From: Blastocladiella emersonii ATCC 22665
Taxonomy: Eukaryota; Fungi; Blastocladiomycota
DNA: 64,000 nucleotides
Reading direction: 5' to 3'
Assembly (NCBI GenBank): GCA_025594325.1
Contig: JANHCV010000013.1
Location: forward strand, 1-64,000
Shown here: in pieces, positions 51,301 through 64,000 of the stretch
Layout: each line of letters starts with the position of its first letter
Position numbering within the stretch: the first letter of the stretch is position 1
Notes under the pieces: generated by a model
What the model saw: the letters and a program-made list of their open reading frames with translations, nothing else
Database searches by the model: none
What the model was told of the DNA's origin: nothing
Made by a program: the position numbers and the translations under genes

Positions 51301-54300
51301 TTAAACAAAACCATACTCAAAACTTTGACTTCCCGCATGTTCACCTAGCCAGGTACCCATAAATCACAGTATCGAGCCAACAAAAGATCTGACAATGGAA
51401 ATATAGTAAACCGGCCGCGGAGAGAATTCTCATGGTACTCAAATGAAACCATACTCAAATCTATGACTTCCCACATGTCCAGCTGGTTGAGGACCCATAA
51501 ATCGTAACGTCAAAGCAACAATGTATCTGACCATGGGAATATAGTAAACGAGCCCCGGAGATAATTGTCATGGTACGCAAACAAAACCATACTCAAGTCT
51601 ATGCCTTCCCACATGTCCAGCTGGTTGGGGATCCATAAATCCCAGTATCGAACCAACAAGATATCTGACCATTGGACTATATGTAACCGATCCCGTAGGT
51701 AATTGTCATGATACCCAAACAAAACCATATTCAAATCTTTCACATCCCGCATGTCCAGCTAGCCAGGGACCCATAAATCACAGTATCCAACCAACAAAGT
51801 ATCTGACCAAAGAAAGATCATAAACCAGCCACGCAGATAATTGTCATGGTATTCAAACAAAACCATACTCAAATCTTCGAATACCCGATGTCCAGGTGGG
51901 CAAGGGCCTATACATCACAGTGTTGAACCAACAAAGTATCTGACGATCGGGATGTATCAAACCGGCCATGCTGATAATTGTCATGGTACTCAAACATAAT
52001 CATAGTCGAGTCTTCGAATATCCTCACGTCCACGTGGGCAAGGACCCAAAGCGCCAGGTATCCAAATCTACCCCGTTGTGCACACTCTCCATTATCCAAG
52101 TCTGTCATCCTACAATTTTGGAACCCGTCGGCAAAGCTCACGGTCCAATCAACGAACAACAGCCAACCTGCCAACCTGGCTACCTACCTGCCTACCTGCC
52201 TAGCTGGCTATCTGCCTACCTGCAAACCTGCCAACCTGCCCTACCTGCTAACCAAACACACACACCGCCTCGCAAGTCCTTGTGGGCCCGCGCTCTCTGG
52301 TTGCCGTCCCAGCCAACAAAGGAATGAATGATGAGCCCTGGCAGCCTGGCAGCCTGCCACACTGACAGCCTGGCAGCCTGCCACACTGACAGCCTGACAG
52401 CGCCCACCCAGTAGTTATTAGCTACCTCGTATGTCATCTGAGAGGGGTTCAGCAGTCAATATACGACTGGTCTCCTCCTGGCTGGCAGCTCTGCTGTCCA
52501 CTCCAAGTCCTGCATGATGATGGGCCAAGGAGCGTTACGAGCAGCTCCTCTGTCTATCCGCGTGAAACCACTCACCCGCTGACGGATGTACACCACGCAC
52601 CGTGCAGCGCGCACAGCGCACAGCGCCCAACGCACCACGCGCTGCGCACACGGCGCAAACGGCCACCCTGGTGACACGCACACTCGCATGAACGGCAGGC
52701 ATGCAAGGCGTCCTGAACTCAACGATGATATATCGTCTAGGTCTGCTCGCTCCAACGGGTGCGCCTGCCTGCCCTCCCTGTGCCATGGATTGATTGATTC
52801 ATGTCCAGTGCTGCCCCCATGCTTGCTTTCATGGCCGCGGGGTCCGTCAGGACGCCTTGCAATGGGTGCGCCAACCCCTGTTGCCAGCCATGTGGCAAGA
52901 AACACCACAGCACCTGCGTCGCCCTGGCCACCGTACCTTGCAAACAGCGTAGCAGCCGTACTGCTTCAGAGGGCTGCAGAGGGCTGGCTGCGGAGGGCTG
53001 AGGCGGCAGGGCTCCTCCTGCAGGAGACAGTGCTGGGGCCAAGGAGTTAGTGCTAGGGACTACTAACTGAATGGTGAATGACCCACACACCACATGCTCC
53101 TGGCAGGAGTGCGTGTGGGCGCGTGGGCCTGTGTCCGTGCGTGCCTGGATTAGTCCTCCATCACAAGTGACCAAGGTGACCAAGGTGACCAAGGTGACCA
53201 AGGTGACCAAGGTGACATGCAAGCACCAAGTTAGAGCGGCGGGGCAGCCATGGAAAGAAGGGCACAGGTACAAACTACCGTACCCTGGCCGCGGCCACTA
53301 GTCGCAGAACAGCCCTGCATGGCTCAGGACGCGGCGGGCGTTGGAGACAGGGTAGGTAGGTAGGTAGCAGCAGCAGCAGCAAGGAGCAGGACCTGGCTGG
53401 CAAACAACACAAGTGAAGGCGTGCGTGATGGAGTGAGAGAGTGTTGAATGAATGGATGGGTGGATGCGATGCAGACCAGCATACGTGTCGTGCGTCGTCC
53501 GGATTGGTCGGCGACCACCCGCCAATCCTGCGGCATGGCTGTGGGGGCGGCAGTGGTGGTAGTGGAGCTAGAGTGGTGTCGTGGGGCTGGTGGGGTCCCC
53601 TCTCCTTCCTGTCTCGCCTAGGTGGGTGGGCGGACGTAGCGCGCATGCGGGCGGGCAAGGTAGGAACGTTGTTCAAGCAATGGATCATGTACTTTATGGC
53701 ATGTGATCTGCAAGACAGGGAGGGGGAGCGACTGTGTCTAATTTTGACCGAGGGACCTTGCTGCAGCCAACGTCTGGCCCAATCCGACCCTCCACAAATC
53801 GCAACATGCACGAAACAAATTAGCTGACGTTTGGGATGTACCAAACCAGCCACGTAGATAACTTTCATGGTACTCAAACAAGACCATACTCAAATCTTTG
53901 ACTTCCTGCATGTCCAGCTAGCCAGGCTTCTGTAAATCACATTGATGACGCAACAAAATATCTGGCCATAAGAATATTGTAAACCAGCCACTCTGGCAAT
54001 TGTCATGGCACTCAAACAAAACCATATTCAAATCTTCGACTTCCCGCATGCCCATGTGGGCAAGGACCTATAAATCACAGTATCGAACCAACAAAATATC
54101 TGACCATAGAAACATAGTATACCAGCCACGAGGACAATTGTCATGGTACTCAAACAAAACCATATTCAAATCTTTGACTATTCACATGTCTAGCTGGTTG
54201 GCGACCCATAAATCGTAACATTGGAGCAACAAAATATCTGACCACGGAAATACAGTAAACAAGCCCCGGAGATAATTGTCATGGTTCTCAAACAAAACCA

Positions 54301-57300
54301 TATTCAGATCTTTGAATACCCCATGTCCAGGTGGTTGGGGGCCCAGAAATCGTAACATCGAACCAACAAAATATTTGACCATAGAAATATACTAAACCAG
54401 CCACGTACGTAATTGTCGCGTTACTTAAACAAAACCATACTCAAAACTTTGACTTCCCGCATGTTCACCTAGCCAGGTACCCATAAATCACAGTATCGAG
54501 CCAACAAAAGATCTGACAATGGAAATATAGTAAACCGGCCGCGGAGAGAATTCTCATGGTACTCAAATGAAACCATACTCAAATCTATGACTTCCCACAT
54601 GTCCAGCTGGTTGAGGACCCATAAATCGTAACGTCAAAGCAACAATGTATCTGACCATGGGAATATAGTAAACGAGCCCCGGAGATAATTGTCATGGTAC
54701 GCAAACAAAACCATACTCAAGTCTATGCCTTCCCACATGTCCAGCTGGTTGGGGATCCATAAATCCCAGTATCGAACCAACAAGATATCTGACCATTGGA
54801 CTATATGTAACCGATCCCGTAGGTAATTGTCATGATACCCAAACAAAACCATATTCAAATCTTTCACATCCCGCATGTCCAGCTAGCCAGGGACCCATAA
54901 ATCACAGTATCCAACCAACAAAGTATCTGACCAAAGAAAGATCATAAACCAGCCACGCAGATAATTGTCATGGTATTCAAACAAAACCATACTCAAATCT
55001 TCGAATACCCGATGTCCAGGTGGGCAAGGGCCTATACATCACAGTGTTGAACCAACAAAGTATCTGACGATCGGGATGTATCAAACCGGCCATGCTGATA
55101 ATTGTCATGGTACTCAAACATAATCATAGTCAAGTCTTCGAATATCCTCACGTCCACGTGGGCAAGGACCCAAAGCGCCAGGTATCCAAATCTACCCCGT
55201 TGTGCACACTCTCCATTATCCAAGTCTGTCATCCTACAATTTTGGAACCCGTCGGCAAAGCTCACGGTCCAATCAACGAACAACAGCCAACCTGCCAACC
55301 TGGCTACCTACCTGCCTACCTGCCTAGCTGGCTATCTGCCTACCTGCAAACCTGCCAACCTGCCCTACCTGCTAACCAAACACACACACCGCCTCGCAAG
55401 TCCTTGTGGGCCCGCGCTCTCTGGTTGCCGTCCCAGCCAACAAAGGAATGAATGATGAGCCCTGGCAGCCTGGCAGCCTGCCACACTGACAGCCTGGCAG
55501 CCTGCCACACTGACAGCCTGACAGCGCCCACCCAGTAGTTATTAGCTACCTCGTATGTCGTCTGAGAGGGGTTCAGCAGTCAATATACGACTGGTCTCCT
55601 CCTGGCTGGCAGCTCTGCTGTCCACTCCAAGTCCTGCATGATGATGGGCCAAGGAGGGTTACGAGCAGCTCCTCTGTCTATCCGCGTGAAACCACTCACC
55701 CGCTGACGGATGTACACCACGCACCGTGCAGCGCGCACAGCGCACAGCGCCCAACGCACCACGCGCTGCGCACACGGCGCAAACGGCCACCCTGGTGACA
55801 CGCACACTCGCATGAACGGCAGGCATGCAAGGCGTCCTGAACTCAACGATGATATATCGTCTAGGTCTGCTCGCTCCAACGGGTGCGCCTGCCTGCCCTC
55901 CCTGTGCCATGGATTGATTGATTCATGTCCAGTGCTGCCCCCATGCTTGCTTTCATGGCCGCGGGGTCCGTCAGGACGCCTTGCAATGGGTGCGCCAACC
56001 CCTGTTGCCAGCCATGTGGCAAGAAACACCACAGCACCTGCGTCGCCCTGGCCACCGTACCTTGCAAACAGCGTAGCAGCCGTACTGCTTCAGAGGGCTG
56101 CAGAGGGCTGGCTGCGGAGGGCTGAGGCGGCAGGGCTCCTCCTGCAGGAGACAGTGCTGGGGCCAAGGAGTTAGTGCTAGGGACTACTAACTGAATGGTG
56201 AATGACCCACACACCACATGCTCCTGGCAGGAGTGCGTGTGGGCGCGTGGGCCTGTGTCCGTGCGTGCCTGGATTAGTCCTCCATCACAAGTGACCAAGG
56301 TGACCAAGGTGACCAAGGTGACCAAGGTGACCAAGGTGACATGCAAGCACCAAGTTAGAGCGGCGGGGCAGCCATGGAAAGAAGGGCACAGGTACAAACT
56401 ACCGTACCCTGGCCGCGGCCACTTGTCGCAGAACAGCCCTGCATGGCTCAGGACGCGGCGGGCGTTGGAGACAGGGTAGGTAGGTAGGTAGCAGCAGCAG
56501 CAGCAAGGAGCAGGACCTGGCTGGCAAACAACACAAGTGAAGGCGTGCGTGATGGAGTAAGAGAGTGTTGAATGAATGGATGGGTGGATGCGATGCAGAC
56601 CAGCATACGTGTCGTGCGTCGTCCGGATTGGTCGGCGACCACCCGCCAATCCTGCGGCATGGCTGTGGGGGCGGCAGTGGTGGTAGTGGAGCTAGAGTGG
56701 TGTCGTGGGGCTGGTGGGGTCCCCTCTCCTTCCTGTCTCGCCTAGGTGGGTGGGCGGACGTAGCGCGCATGCGGGCGGGCAAGGTAGGAACGTTGTTCAA
56801 GCAATGGATCATGTACTTTATGGCATGTGATCTGCAAGACAGGGAGGGGGAGCGACTGTGTCTAATTTTGACCGAGGGACCTTGCTGCAGCCAACGTCTG
56901 GCCCAATCCGACCCTCCACAAATCGCAACATGCACGAAACAAATTAGCTGACGTTTGGGATGTACCAAACCAGCCACGTAGATAACTTTCATGGTACTCA
57001 AACAAGACCATACTCAAATCTTTGACTTCCTGCATGTCCAGCTAGCCAGGCTTCTGTAAATCACATTGATGACGCAACAAAATATCTGGCCATAAGAATA
57101 TTGTAAACCAGCCACTCTGGCAATTGTCATGGCACTCAAACAAAACCATATTCAAATCTTCGACTTCCCGCATGCCCATGTGGGCAAGGACCTATAAATC
57201 ACAGTATCGAACCAACAAAATATCTGACCATAGAAACATAGTATACCAGCCACGAGGACAATTGTCATGGTACTCAAACAAAACCATATTCAAATCTTTG

Positions 57301-60300
57301 ACTATTCACATGTCTAGCTGGTTGGCGACCCATAAATCGTAACATTGGAGCAACAAAATATCTGACCACGGAAATACAGTAAACAAGCCCCGGAGATAAT
57401 TGTCATGGTTCTCAAACAAAACCATATTCAGATCTTTGAATACCCCATGTCCAGGTGGTTGGGGGCCCAGAAATCGTAACATCGAACCAACAAAATATTT
57501 GACCATAGAAATATACTAAACCAGCCACGTACGTAATTGTCGCGTTACTTAAACAAAACCATACTCAAAACTTTGACTTCCCGCATGTTCACCTAGCCAG
57601 GTACCCATAAATCACAGTATCGAGCCAACAAAAGATCTGACAATGGAAATATAGTAAACCGGCCGCGGAGAGAATTCTCATGGTACTCAAATGAAACCAT
57701 ACTCAAATCTATGACTTCCCACATGTCCAGCTGGTTGAGGACCCATAAATCGTAACGTCAAAGCAACAATGTATCTGACCATGGGAATATAGTAAACGAG
57801 CCCCGGAGATAATTGTCATGGTACGCAAACAAAACCATACTCAAGTCTATGCCTTCCCACATGTCCAGCTGGTTGGGGATCCATAAATCCCAGTATCGAA
57901 CCAACAAGATATCTGACCATTGGACTATATGTAACCGATCCCGTAGGTAATTGTCATGATACCCAAACAAAACCATATTCAAATCTTTCACATCCCGCAT
58001 GTCCAGCTAGCCAGGGACCCATAAATCACAGTATCCAACCAACAAAGTATCTGACCAAAGAAAGATCATAAACCAGCCACGCAGATAATTGTCATGGTAT
58101 TCAAACAAAACCATACTCAAATCTTCGAATACCCGATGTCCAGGTGGGCAAGGGCCTATACATCACAGTGTTGAACCAACAAAGTATCTGACGATCGGGA
58201 TGTATCAAACCGGCCATGCTGATAATTGTCATGGTACTCAAACATAATCATAGTCAAGTCTTCGAATATCCTCACGTCCACGTGGGCAAGGACCCAAAGC
58301 GCCAGGTATCCAAATCTACCCCGTTGTGCACACTCTCCATTATCCAAGTCTGTCATCCTACAATTTTGGAACCCGTCGGCAAAGCTCACGGTCCAATCAA
58401 CGAACAACAGCCAACCTGCCAACCTGGCTACCTACCTGCCTACCTGCCTAGCTGGCTATCTGCCTACCTGCAAACCTGCCAACCTGCCCTACCTGCTAAC
58501 CAAACACACACACCGCCTCGCAAGTCCTTGTGGGCCCGCGCTCTCTGGTTGCCGTCCCAGCCAACAAAGGAATGAATGATGAGCCCTGGCAGCCTGGCAG
58601 CCTGCCACACTGACAGCCTGGCAGCCTGCCACACTGACAGCCTGACAGCGCCCACCCAGTAGTTATTAGCTACCTCGTATGTCGTCTGAGAGGGGTTCAG
58701 CAGTCAATATACGACTGGTCTCCTCCTGGCTGGCAGCTCTGCTGTCCACTCCAAGTCCTGCATGATGATGGGCCAAGGAGGGTTACGAGCAGCTCCTCTG
58801 TCTATCCGCGTGAAACCACTCACCCGCTGACGGATGTACACCACGCACCGTGCAGCGCGCACAGCGCACAGCGCCCAACGCACCACGCGCTGCGCACACG
58901 GCGCAAACGGCCACCCTGGTGACACGCACACTCGCATGAACGGCAGGCATGCAAGGCGTCCTGAACTCAACGATGATATATCGTCTAGGTCTGCTCGCTC
59001 CAACGGGTGCGCCTGCCTGCCCTCCCTGTGCCATGGATTGATTGATTCATGTCCAGTGCTGCCCCCATGCTTGCTTTCATGGCCGCGGGGTCCGTCAGGA
59101 CGCCTTGCAATGGGTGCGCCAACCCCTGTTGCCAGCCATGTGGCAAGAAACACCACAGCACCTGCGTCGCCCTGGCCACCGTACCTTGCAAACAGCGTAG
59201 CAGCCGTACTGCTTCAGAGGGCTGCAGAGGGCTGGCTGCGGAGGGCTGAGGCGGCAGGGCTCCTCCTGCAGGAGACAGTGCTGGGGCCAAGGAGTTAGTG
59301 CTAGGGACTACTAACTGAATGGTGAATGACCCACACACCACATGCTCCTGGCAGGAGTGCGTGTGGGCGCGTGGGCCTGTGTCCGTGCGTGCCTGGATTA
59401 GTCCTCCATCACAAGTGACCAAGGTGACCAAGGTGACCAAGGTGACCAAGGTGACCAAGGTGACATGCAAGCACCAAGTTAGAGCGGCGGGGCAGCCATG
59501 GAAAGAAGGGCACAGGTACAAACTACCGTACCCTGGCCGCGGCCACTAGTCGCAGAACAGCCCTGCATGGCTCAGGACGCGGCGGGCGTTGGAGACAGGG
59601 TAGGTAGGTAGGTAGCAGCAGCAGCAGCAAGGAGCAGGACCTGGCTGGCAAACAACACAAGTGAAGGCGTGCGTGATGGAGTGAGAGAGTGTTGAATGAA
59701 TGGATGGGTGGATGCGATGCAGACCAGCATACGTGTCGTGCGTCGTCCGGATTGGTCGGCGACCACCCGCCAATCCTGCGGCATGGCTGTGGGGGCGGCA
59801 GTGGTGGTAGTGGAGCTAGAGTGGTGTCGTGGGGCTGGTGGGGTCCCCTCTCCTTCCTGTCTCGCCTAGGTGGGTGGGCGGACGTAGCGCGCATGCGGGC
59901 GGGCAAGGTAGGAACGTTGTTCAAGCAATGGATCATGTACTTTATGGCATGTGATCTGCAAGACAGGGAGGGGGAGCGACTGTGTCTAATTTTGACCGAG
60001 GGACCTTGCTGCAGCCAACGTCTGGCCCAATCCGACCCTCCACAAATCGCAACATGCACGAAACAAATTAGCTGACGTTTGGGATGTACCAAACCAGCCA
60101 CGTAGATAACTTTCATGGTACTCAAACAAGACCATACTCAAATCTTTGACTTCCTGCATGTCCAGCTAGCCAGGCTTCTGTAAATCACATTGATGACGCA
60201 ACAAAATATCTGGCCATAAGAATATTGTAAACCAGCCACTCTGGCAATTGTCATGGCACTCAAACAAAACCATATTCAAATCTTCGACTTCCCGCATGCC

Positions 60301-63300
60301 CATGTGGGCAAGGACCTATAAATCACAGTATCGAACCAACAAAATATCTGACCATAGAAACATAGTATACCAGCCACGAGGACAATTGTCATGGTACTCA
60401 AACAAAACCATATTCAAATCTTTGACTATTCACATGTCTAGCTGGTTGGCGACCCATAAATCGTAACATTGGAGCAACAAAATATCTGACCACGGAAATA
60501 CAGTAAACAAGCCCCGGAGATAATTGTCATGGTTCTCAAACAAAACCATATTCAGATCTTTGAATACCCCATGTCCAGGTGGTTGGGGGCCCAGAAATCG
60601 TAACATCGAACCAACAAAATATTTGACCATAGAAATATACTAAACCAGCCACGTACGTAATTGTCGCGTTACTTAAACAAAACCATACTCAAAACTTTGA
60701 CTTCCCGCATGTTCACCTAGCCAGGTACCCATAAATCACAGTATCGAGCCAACGAAAGATCTGACAATGGAAATATAGTAAACCGGCCGCGGAGAGAATT
60801 CTCATGGTACTCAAATGAAACCATACTCAAATCTATGACTTCCCACATGTCCAGCTGGTTGAGGACCCATAAATCGTAACGTCAAAGCAACAATGTATCT
60901 GACCATGGGAATATAGTAAACGAGCCCCGGAGATAATTGTCATGGTACGCAAACAAAACCATACTCAAGTCTATGCCTTCCCACATGTCCAGCTGGTTGG
61001 GGATCCATAAATCCCAGTATCGAACCAACAAGATATCTGACCATTGGACTATATGTAACCGATCCCGTAGGTAATTGTCATGATACCCAAACAAAACCAT
61101 ATTCAAATCTTTCACATCCCGCATGTCCAGCTAGCCAGGGACCCATAAATCACAGTATCCAACCAACAAAGTATCTGACCAAAGAAAGATCATAAACCAG
61201 CCACGCAGATAATTGTCATGGTATTCAAACAAAACCATACTCAAATCTTCGAATACCCGATGTCCAGGTGGGCAAGGGCCTATACATCACAGTGTTGAAC
61301 CAACAAAGTATCTGACGATCGGGATGTATCAAACCGGCCATGCTGATAATTGTCATGGTACTCAAACATAATCATAGTCGAGTCTTCGAATATCCTCACG
61401 TCCACGTGGGCAAGGACCCAAAGCGCCAGGTATCCAAATCTACCCCGTTGTGCACACTCTCCATTATCCAAGTCTGTCATCCTACAATTTTGGAACCCGT
61501 CGGCAAAGCTCACGGTCCAATCAACGAACAACAGCCAACCTGCCAACCTGGCTACCTACCTGCCTACCTGCCTAGCTGGCTATCTGCCTACCTGCAAACC
61601 TGCCAACCTGCCCTACCTGCTAACCAAACACACACACCGCCTCGCAAGTCCTTGTGGGCCCGCGCTCTCTGGTTGCCGTCCCAGCCAACAAAGGAATGAA
61701 TGATGAGCCCTGGCAGCCTGGCAGCCTGCCACACTGACAGCCTGGCAGCCTGCCACACTGACAGCCTGACAGCGCCCACCCAGTAGTTATTAGCTACCTC
61801 GTATGTCGTCTGAGAGGGGTTCAGCAGTCAATATACGACTGGTCTCCTCCTGGCTGGCAGCTCTGCTGTCCACTCCAAGTCCTGCATGATGATGGGCCAA
61901 GGAGCGTTACGAGCAGCTCCTCTGTCTATCCGCGTGAAACCACTCACCCGCTGACGGATGTACACCACGCACCGTGCAGCGCGCACAGCGCACAGCGCCC
62001 AACGCACCACGCGCTGCGCACACGGCGCAAACGGCCACCCTGGTGACACGCACACTCGCATGAACGGCAGGCATGCAAGGCGTCCTGAACTCAACGATGA
62101 TATATCGTCTAGGTCTGCTCGCTCCAACGGGTGCGCCTGCCTGCCCTCCCTGTGCCATGGATTGATTGATTCATGTCCAGTGCTGCCCCCATGCTTGCTT
62201 TCATGGCCGCGGGGTCCGTCAGGACGCCTTGCAATGGGTGCGCCAACCCCTGTTGCCAGCCATGTGGCAAGAAACACCACAGCACCTGCGTCGCCCTGGC
62301 CACCGTACCTTGCAAACAGCGTAGCAGCCGTACTGCTTCAGAGGGCTGCAGAGGGCTGGCTGCGGAGGGCTGAGGCGGCAGGGCTCCTCCTGCAGGAGAC
62401 AGTGCTGGGGCCAAGGAGTTAGTGCTAGGGACTACTAACTGAATGGTGAATGACCCACACACCACATGCTCCTGGCAGGAGTGCGTGTGGGCGCGTGGGC
62501 CTGTGTCCGTGCGTGCCTGGATTAGTCCTCCATCACAAGTGACCAAGGTGACCAAGGTGACCAAGGTGACCAAGGTGACCAAGGTGACATGCAAGCACCA
62601 AGTTAGAGCGGCGGGGCAGCCATGGAAAGAAGGGCACAGGTACAAACTACCGTACCCTGGCCGCGGCCACTTGTCGCAGAACAGCCCTGCATGGCTCAGG
62701 ACGCGGCGGGCGTTGGAGACAGGGTAGGTAGGTAGGTAGCAGCAGCAGCAGCAAGGAGCAGGACCTGGCTGGCAAACAACACAAGTGAAGGCGTGCGTGA
62801 TGGAGTGAGAGAGTGTTGAATGAATGGATGGGTGGATGCGATGCAGACCAGCATACGTGTCGTGCGTCGTCCGGATTGGTCGGCGACCACCCGCCAATCC
62901 TGCGGCATGGCTGTGGGGGCGGCAGTGGTGGTAGTGGAGCTAGAGTGGTGTCGTGGGGCTGGTGGGGTCCCCTCTCCTTCCTGTCTCGCCTAGGTGGGTG
63001 GGCGGACGTAGCGCGCATGCGGGCGGGCAAGGTAGGAACGTTGTTCAAGCAATGGATCATGTACTTTATGGCATGTGATCTGCAAGACAGGGAGGGGGAG
63101 CGACTGTGTCTAATTTTGACCGAGGGACCTTGCTGCAGCCAACGTCTGGCCCAATCCGACCCTCCACAAATCGCAACATGCACGAAACAAATTAGCTGAC
63201 GTTTGGGATGTACCAAACCAGCCACGTAGATAACTTTCATGGTACTCAAACAAGACCATACTCAAATCTTTGACTTCCTGCATGTCCAGCTAGCCAGGCT

Positions 63301-64000
63301 TCTGTAAATCACATTGATGACGCAACAAAATATCTGGCCATAAGAATATTGTAAACCAGCCACTCTGGCAATTGTCATGGCACTCAAACAAAACCATATT
63401 CAAATCTTCGACTTCCCGCATGCCCATGTGGGCAAGGACCTATAAATCACAGTATCGAACCAACAAAATATCTGACCATAGAAACATAGTATACCAGCCA
63501 CGAGGACAATTGTCATGGTACTCAAACAAAACCATATTCAAATCTTTGACTATTCACATGTCTAGCTGGTTGGCGACCCATAAATCGTAACATTGGAGCA
63601 ACAAAATATCTGACCACGGAAATACAGTAAACAAGCCCCGGAGATAATTGTCATGGTTCTCAAACAAAACCATATTCAGATCTTTGAATACCCCATGTCC
63701 AGGTGGTTGGGGGCCCAGAAATCGTAACATCGAACCAACAAAATATTTGACCATAGAAATATACTAAACCAGCCACGTACGTAATTGTCGCGTTACTTAA
63801 ACAAAACCATACTCAAAACTTTGACTTCCCGCATGTTCACCTAGCCAGGTACCCATAAATCACAGTATCGAGCCAACGAAAGATCTGACAATGGAAATAT
63901 AGTAAACCGGCCGCGGAGAGAATTCTCATGGTACTCAAATGAAACCATACTCAAATCTATGACTTCCCACATGTCCAGCTGGTTGAGGACCCATAAATCG

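Larger units (their letters stand above)
1..64000. repeat. Tandem macrosatellite, unit 3124/3148 bp, 20 full copies plus a 1328-bp partial copy; extends past both window edges
   Basis: Seen in sequence and in ORF-track periodicity. Unit starts (gtcgcagaac): 1, 3125, 6273, 9397, 12545, 15669, 18817, 21941, 25065, 28189, 31313, 34461, 37609, 40733, 43881, 47029, 50177, 53301, 56425, 59549, 62673. Long (3148) units are U2, U4, U6, U11, U12, U14, U15 and U16. Confidence 0.99.

Noticed and set aside
1-64000. rDNA, 5S, snRNA, tRNA or histone tandem array
   Set aside because: No conserved motif of these genes was found on either strand.
1-64000. Artefactual concatemer (rolling-circle amplification or assembly duplication of one circle)
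   Set aside because: Units carry shared, ordered, recombined variants rather than being identical or randomly erroneous. Exact unit order still needs read support.
1-64000. RIP or heavy methylation decay of a repeat
   Set aside because: CpG and CpA remain abundant in the GC-rich part, and only one SNP (offset 2260) is a CpG loss.

Overview
The whole window is one head-to-tail eukaryotic macrosatellite: 20 complete units of 3124 bp (12 copies) or 3148 bp (8 copies) plus a partial 21st. By eye the units differ only at 11 SNPs and a 24-bp copy-number variant. Each unit has two parts: (i) an AT-rich nested array of about 10 diverged 138-bp monomers, and (ii) about 1.7 kb of GC-rich DNA. The GC-rich part carries a coherent set of minus-strand GT-AG splice signals: two identical GTACGGT donors, and two branch points each followed by the same 11-mer. 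Joining the implied exons gives an uninterrupted 132/147-aa Cys-rich ORF that the unspliced six-frame track cannot show. A second, shifted frame is also open, so the product is uncertain. A perfect 15-bp inverted repeat covers one of two in-frame acceptors. The first six units form a 6272-bp dimeric higher-order repeat, and the rest are a recombined mosaic. I recognise no protein family, rRNA, tRNA, snRNA, transposase or CRISPR array. None of the unspliced ORFs looks like a real gene. The host is probably a GC-rich alga or other protist; this is inference only.
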